Source of the DNA: Planctomycetota bacterium
GTDB lineage: Bacteria > Planctomycetota > Planctomycetia > Pirellulales > UBA1268
Assembly (NCBI GenBank): GCA_014238855.1
Contig: JABAAH010000009.1
Span: 8,292 to 72,291, forward strand
DNA: 64,000 nucleotides
Direction: 5' to 3'
Of this stretch, positions 59,551-64,000 are shown piece by piece. A program made the position numbers and the translations under genes. How positions within the stretch are numbered: the stretch's first letter is position 1; every line of letters begins with the position of its first letter. Below the pieces are notes generated by a model that saw only the letters and a list, made by a program, of their open reading frames with translations, did no database searches and was not told where the DNA came from.

Positions 59551-60453
59551 ATGTCTGTTCAAGCGACTGAGACCCCAGAGCATGATATGCACTGGGAGTA
59601 TGCTGTACCGATCACAACAATTCATCTCCTGTCTTGTCTTGCTATTCTGCCTTGGTGTTTTAGTTGGTACGGAGTCGTCGCCGCTGCACTTGGCACAATA
59701 GTTTTTGGCACCTTTGGTATTAATCTCGGTTATCATCGTCTTTTAAGTCATCGTAGTCTGTCAGTTCCACCGTGGTTTGAGCGAATTTTGGCTACTCTTG
59801 CGGTCTGCTCACTTGAGGATACGCCTTCTCGATGGGTGGCGAACCACCGCCTTCATCACTGTCATTCTGATGATGACACTGACCCCCATTCTCCACGTGA
59901 TGGTGTTGCATGGTCACATATGGGATGGCTTTTTCGTCGTGTCCCGCATCGCAAATCACTTGCTTTTCTTGATCGTTACGCCCGTGATGTGCTTGTTGAT
60001 CCTTATTACCGTGCGCTTGAACAACATCCTACTGCAGCTCTCTGGATATATATCGCGCACGCAATAGGCTTTGGGATTTTTGGCTTACTGCTTGGTCGGT
60101 GGATATCAGGTGATTGGGCGGCAGGTACTCAACTTGCTGCGAGTTTAATTGTCTGGGGTGTTTTTGTACGAACAGTTCTTGTTTGGCATATCACTTGGAG
60201 CGTAAATTCTTTGACACATCTCTTTGGGTATCGCACCTACTCGACGGGAGAGGACAGTAGGAATAATTGGGTGGTGGCTCTATTGGCAATGGGAGAGGGT
60301 TGGCATAATAACCATCATCATGATCCAGCAAGTGCCAGTACTCAGCATAAGTGGTGGGAATTTGATATTACGTACTATGCCATCTTGCTTTTGAAGTCGC
60401 TTGGGATTGCGTCAGACGTTATTCAGCCACGCCACATGCGGCAAAAGCGATGA
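59551..60453 (+). CDS. membrane acyl-CoA/acyl-lipid (delta-9-type) fatty acid desaturase
   Basis: Three histidine boxes HRLLSH, HRLHH, HNNHH with TM helices between them. Confidence 0.88.
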   Translation: MSVQATETPEHDMHWEYAVPITTIHLLSCLAILPWCFSWYGVVAAALGTIVFGTFGINLGYHRLLSHRSLSVPPWFERILATLAVCSLEDTPSRWVANHRLHHCHSDDDTDPHSPRDGVAWSHMGWLFRRVPHRKSLAFLDRYARDVLVDPYYRALEQHPTAALWIYIAHAIGFGIFGLLLGRWISGDWAAGTQLAASLIVWGVFVRTVLVWHITWSVNSLTHLFGYRTYSTGEDSRNNWVVALLAMGEGWHNNHHHDPASASTQHKWWEFDITYYAILLLKSLGIASDVIQPRHMRQKR

Positions 60454-60459
60454 ATTCAT

Positions 60460-60499
60460 AAAAACCCTCTGCTTCCTGTTTGTCAGAAAAAGCAGAGGG
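60460..60499 (-). terminator. intrinsic terminator of the EF-hand gene (hairpin also serves the convergent desaturase 3' end)
   Basis: Perfect 10-bp stem CCCTCTGCTT (60465-60474) / AAGCAGAGGG (60490-60499), 15-nt loop. On the minus strand the hairpin is followed by TTTTT (60464-60460). Confidence 0.75.
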
Positions 60500-60516
60500 C
60501 TCTCGTGGTGCCATTT

Positions 60517-60816
60517 TCAATCAGCTTTTTTCTTTTGAATCCTGCCGGCTTCGAACTCTTCAAATGAGAGTTTCCCATCGCCATCTTTGTCACGATTTTT
60601 GAACCATTTGTCAGCCTGTTCTTTCATGCTTTCTTTTTTGATAGCACTCTTGAATTCTTCGAGTGACAGGAAACCATCTTCATCTTTGTCTCGCTGCTTA
60701 AATTGCTGTTCAGCACTCGCTGGTTTTTTTTCACCCTCATCGCCGCGCGTTTCGGCAGTGAAAAGAACAGCTACGGATACGATCGCGAGCCACGCAGTAG
60801 ATTTAAATAAACACAT
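60517..60816 (-). CDS. small secreted EF-hand calcium-binding protein
   Basis: Signal peptide, two canonical EF loops DKDEDGFLSLEE and DKDGDGKLSFEE. Confidence 0.8.
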   Translation of the reverse strand: MCLFKSTAWLAIVSVAVLFTAETRGDEGEKKPASAEQQFKQRDKDEDGFLSLEEFKSAIKKESMKEQADKWFKNRDKDGDGKLSFEEFEAGRIQKKKAD

Positions 60817-61010
60817 GTCGATACCTCATTAGAAAGTCAATTATTCTTGTCTTAAATCATTTCAGAGTGTATGCGGCGGGACTAAAGCACGCAAGCAAAT
60901 CGAGAGCATAGGGCAGGGCTTTGTATGAGTAATTACAAAGAAAGCGGTATAACAGAGATACAGCATATTCGAACAGTTCTGTTCAAAAGCATTTTTTAAG
61001 TAGCAAGGTC

Positions 61011-62516
61011 ATGTCAATAATGAACCAAAAACTTTTTATTTTTGCATTCGGATTCTTTACTTTTTGTTTACCGAACTGCAGCTCAAACTCTCTGCTCGCA
61101 GCGGGTGTGAATGGTTCAGGTATTCCTGGTTCAGCTGAGATGATTCGGTTGCAGGAGCAATGGCAGCCAATGAATGCTTCTAAGGCGAAGCAGCAGGGAC
61201 GTAAACGATTTAATGAAAATAAATATGGCATGTTTATTCACTGGGGGCTTTATTCCCAGTGCGGGGGTGTTTGGAAGGGCGAGCGGATGGAAGAGGGCGG
61301 CACAGGTCCAAAGGTGGCTGAGTGGATCATGCGAAGGAAAGAAATACCACGCTCAGAATATGCCTTGCTTGCCAAAACATTTAATCCGACAAAGTTTGAT
61401 GCAGATAAGTGGGTTTCCATTGCAAAAGCAGCAGGCATGAAATACATGGTGATCACATCAAAACATCATGACGGCTTTGCGTTATTCGACTCTGCGGTGA
61501 GTGACTTTAATGTGGTTCAGGCTACACCATTCAAACGAGATATTATTCGTGAGCTCGAGCAAGCGTGCAAGCGTGGTGGTCTTGCTTTCGGCGTGTACTA
61601 TTCGCATGCGCTTGACTGGCGAGATGGCGGTGATTCTGGAATGAAGGACTACTGTTATCACGAGCCACCAAAGCAAGCCATGTTTGTGAATGACTTTGAT
61701 CCGTCACCAGTTCGGTTCGATGACTATATCGCTTGCAAGTCTTTGCCGCAGGTTCAGGAATTAGTGGCGAATTACGACCTTTCAGAAATTTGGTTAGATA
61801 CACCAATTTACATTCCTCCTCAATTTAGTTTTGACTTCTATAAAACCATTTATAGATCAAATCCAGAGATACTTGTGAGTCAGCGAATCGGAAATGAGTT
61901 TGGTGACATTGGAACCCCCGGTGATAATGTCATTCCTGATGAAGCGAGTGAAAATACATGGGAGGGTATTGCAACAACGAACAACTCTTGGGGATTTAAA
62001 TCATATGACGAAGATTGGAAATCTCCGGCAGAGACATTGTTTTGGCTTCTTGAAAATGTGAGTAAGGGCGGCAACTTTTTACTTAATGTTGGGCCCGATG
62101 GAACAGGCGTCATACCAAAGCAGTCGGTCGATAACTTATTGGCAGTCGGACGATGGCTCAAGGTCAATGGCGATGCAATATACGGCACAAAGCCATGGAA
62201 GATTACTCATGAGGGCCCAGCCGGACTTTCAATTAAGGGAACTGAGCATCGCAGTAAGCACGGCTTCAAACTTGATGTAACGAGTGAAGATTTCTGGTTT
62301 ACTAAAAAAAATACGAAACTCTATGCGATCGGAATGGTGTGGCCAGAAGACGGTGTTGCCAGAGTCCGGTCACTGAACGACGTCCCTTTTACAGAGATTA
62401 GGCTTCTTGGTTCACCAGAAAAGTTGCAGTGGAAAAAAGAATCAGGAACTGTCGAGATTCAACTCCCGAAAACAGAATTGAAAAAACTTGGTTACGCCTT
62501 GGAGATAACACTCTAA
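61011..62516 (+). CDS. alpha-L-fucosidase, GH29
   Basis: KYGMFIHWGLYS, MVITSKHHDGFALFDS, WLDTP..., C-terminal beta-sandwich. Signal peptide. Confidence 0.88.
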   Translation: MSIMNQKLFIFAFGFFTFCLPNCSSNSLLAAGVNGSGIPGSAEMIRLQEQWQPMNASKAKQQGRKRFNENKYGMFIHWGLYSQCGGVWKGERMEEGGTGPKVAEWIMRRKEIPRSEYALLAKTFNPTKFDADKWVSIAKAAGMKYMVITSKHHDGFALFDSAVSDFNVVQATPFKRDIIRELEQACKRGGLAFGVYYSHALDWRDGGDSGMKDYCYHEPPKQAMFVNDFDPSPVRFDDYIACKSLPQVQELVANYDLSEIWLDTPIYIPPQFSFDFYKTIYRSNPEILVSQRIGNEFGDIGTPGDNVIPDEASENTWEGIATTNNSWGFKSYDEDWKSPAETLFWLLENVSKGGNFLLNVGPDGTGVIPKQSVDNLLAVGRWLKVNGDAIYGTKPWKITHEGPAGLSIKGTEHRSKHGFKLDVTSEDFWFTKKNTKLYAIGMVWPEDGVARVRSLNDVPFTEIRLLGSPEKLQWKKESGTVEIQLPKTELKKLGYALEITL

Positions 62517-62631
62517 GTCGATGCGACTTCACGTTGTGGCTGGAGTATAAAAACTTGCAAAGCAGTTTTCTTGGAAAAGACGGCATTCTTTAGAAAGATT
62601 TCTTCTCAATACGTCTTCTATAATTGTTGGC

Positions 62632-64000
62632 CTACATGTCTTGTTGTTGATTCGCTACGGATTGAAGAAATTGAATAAGAGAAGATAGTTCTTCGGTAGT
62701 GAGTAAGTTTGTCAATTCTGGCATGAGAGAATTTTTTGAAGCAAAAATTGTGTCAGTATTTTTGCGAGTAATGCTGTGAACTGTCCCTGAAGCATCTTTG
62801 AGCACAATGGGGTCTCCAGCAGACACTTGAAGCCCACTAATGGCAGTACCTTTGTTTGTGAGTACGGTCATCGTTTCAAATCCAGCAGCTATTGCTGCAT
62901 GTGGTTTCAGAATATCCTCATGTAGTGCAATCGCTGAATGTTTGCGAGCGATCTGACTGAGATCAGGACCTATTTCACCACCGTAGCCATTGACGATGTG
63001 ACATTTGGCACACCCAATATGGTTCGAATGAAATATGGCTCTACCGAGCGATGCACTTCCAGGAACGTCTGTCAGAGAATGTGCCGGCAGAATGTCCTTT
63101 GCGGTATTGGATGTATCAACATATATTGAAAAAAATATCTGGCCTTTGACAGCTGTCCCCTCGGACGCAGTGACCTGTAGCCGAAGTGGGTTCAAAGCAC
63201 TCACGTCGTAAGTAATAACAGAACGTCCGGTTACCCGAATGGCGGGCTGACCATTACCCGATTTCGTCAATCCAGGTGAAACGGTGAGTGGCGGTCGTGG
63301 TGGTTTTTTCTGACGTGCTGACGAGGCCTTGTTTGGAGCCGGTGGCGGTCCACTCGGTATCCCACCAGAAAAAGCCATCGTCCAAGGAATTTGTGTTAGG
63401 TCTACATTCGATTCTGCGCTTGTTAAAACGGGAGCAATCCAAAAAGCATCGCCTGATTTGGCGTGGTTTGAGTCAGCAACAAGATAGATTCGTTTAGCGC
63501 CGCGGATATCAAGGTCGATTGATGCCTGGCCATGAGTACTTTTGTAGATGGGCTCACCCGGAGGAGCGAAAGATGTATCGAGTCTAGTATTTGGGAGAGG
63601 TTTTCTTACTGGCGGTGGCTCTGGGAATACGTCACTTAGCTGAACGTGCTTCCAGTCATTTTTGAGACGGTGTTGTCCCCACCAAGCTGCGTAGTCACGA
63701 ATATCTTTTGGCCCATGCTGAGCGATCTCAAGCATCGCAGCAGCAGCCTGCGTGTCTGAATTAAACGCAATGGCATCAACCATTTTTTTGCGATCCGTGA
63801 GCGGTAATGTCCTCTCCATGGCTCGCGTTCTGAGTTGTCCAACCGCTGAGTCAGGATGCAAACGCCAGGCGATCCCAGCTAAACGGTTGTCCCATAAGAG
63901 TGGGTCTTCCGAGTTGTCTACAAATAAATCAAATGATTCCTGCTCTTTTCCTTCACATGCTATTCCAAGGGCTTCCAAATACCAACGATCCCAGCCATCA
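62632..64000 (-). CDS. HEAT-repeat / PVC-type heme-binding domain protein, C-terminal part (5' end outside window)
   Basis: Frame stays open to nt 64000. CAKCH at 62998-63012 within the motif GRAIFHSNHIGCAKCH...GPDL...ILKP...SLMPE typical of the Pirellula/Verrucomicrobium-type heme-binding domain. Confidence 0.75.
   Translation of the reverse strand, partial: DGWDRWYLEALGIACEGKEQESFDLFVDNSEDPLLWDNRLAGIAWRLHPDSAVGQLRTRAMERTLPLTDRKKMVDAIAFNSDTQAAAAMLEIAQHGPKDIRDYAAWWGQHRLKNDWKHVQLSDVFPEPPPVRKPLPNTRLDTSFAPPGEPIYKSTHGQASIDLDIRGAKRIYLVADSNHAKSGDAFWIAPVLTSAESNVDLTQIPWTMAFSGGIPSGPPPAPNKASSARQKKPPRPPLTVSPGLTKSGNGQPAIRVTGRSVITYDVSALNPLRLQVTASEGTAVKGQIFFSIYVDTSNTAKDILPAHSLTDVPGSASLGRAIFHSNHIGCAKCHIVNGYGGEIGPDLSQIARKHSAIALHEDILKPHAAIAAGFETMTVLTNKGTAISGLQVSAGDPIVLKDASGTVHSITRKNTDTIFASKNSLMPELTNLLTTEELSSLIQFLQSVANQQQDM

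Noticed and set aside
1-64000. Search for CRISPR arrays, tRNA/rRNA genes, transposases, integrases, phage or classic defence genes (nucleases, helicases, methyltransferases, TIR/STING-type effectors).
   Set aside because: I found no repeat-spacer periodicity and no tRNA-like T-arm in intergenic DNA. The GATTCGAACCC at about 18190 lies inside the 1274-aa CDS. No ORF carried recognisable motifs of these classes. This is a by-eye negative result, not a computational one.

Overview
Gene-dense 64-kb chromosomal segment with about 55 protein-coding genes. I recognise no rRNA, tRNA, CRISPR array, transposase, integrase or phage gene. The content points to a PVC-superphylum bacterium, most likely a planctomycete. 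This is an inference from giant secreted proteins carrying the PVC-type CxxCH heme-binding domain, six Cys-type S1 sulfatases, a GH29 fucosidase and SGNH acetylesterases. GC looks like mid/upper 40s % by eye and was not computed. Layout: 1-1011 is the 3' end of cphA. 1038-3892 is an mlaFED-type lipid ABC transporter (-). 4349-6889 is clpC (-). 7.2-16.3 kb is a housekeeping mix: thiE with an extra N-domain, a TlpA-like lipoprotein, a CYTH protein, a lactonase-panD pair, an MFS transporter and an lpxB-M50 protease-SGNH operon. 16396-20220 encodes a 1274-aa di-heme/LamG/beta-propeller protein, followed by a gabT-like aminotransferase. 22.2-30.3 kb holds four sulfatases plus a cNMP-domain patatin. 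32580-47913 is a complete 14-gene nuoA-N complex I operon (-) that runs straight into an Mrp/ApbC-like ATPase and small membrane ORFs. 48-62.5 kb holds an M20 peptidase, esterases, two more sulfatases, a eukaryote-type NADP-IDH, an NPP phosphodiesterase, an acyl desaturase, an EF-hand protein and a fucosidase. 62632-64000 is a partial HEAT/heme protein. I see no defence island, biosynthetic cluster or mobile element, and most of the window is ordinary core genome plus glycan-degradation accessory genes. The most system-like unexplained signal is the extended complex I locus. There, nuoN overlaps (ATGA) an NUBPL/Ind1-like P-loop ATPase whose CxxC motif is degenerate, and coupled small membrane ORFs follow it. 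nuoK has no canonical start codon (an ATA overlaps the nuoJ TAG). NuoG is short, while NuoH/J/K/L/N carry extensions. All functional calls come from motif recognition by eye on the supplied translations, not from database searches.
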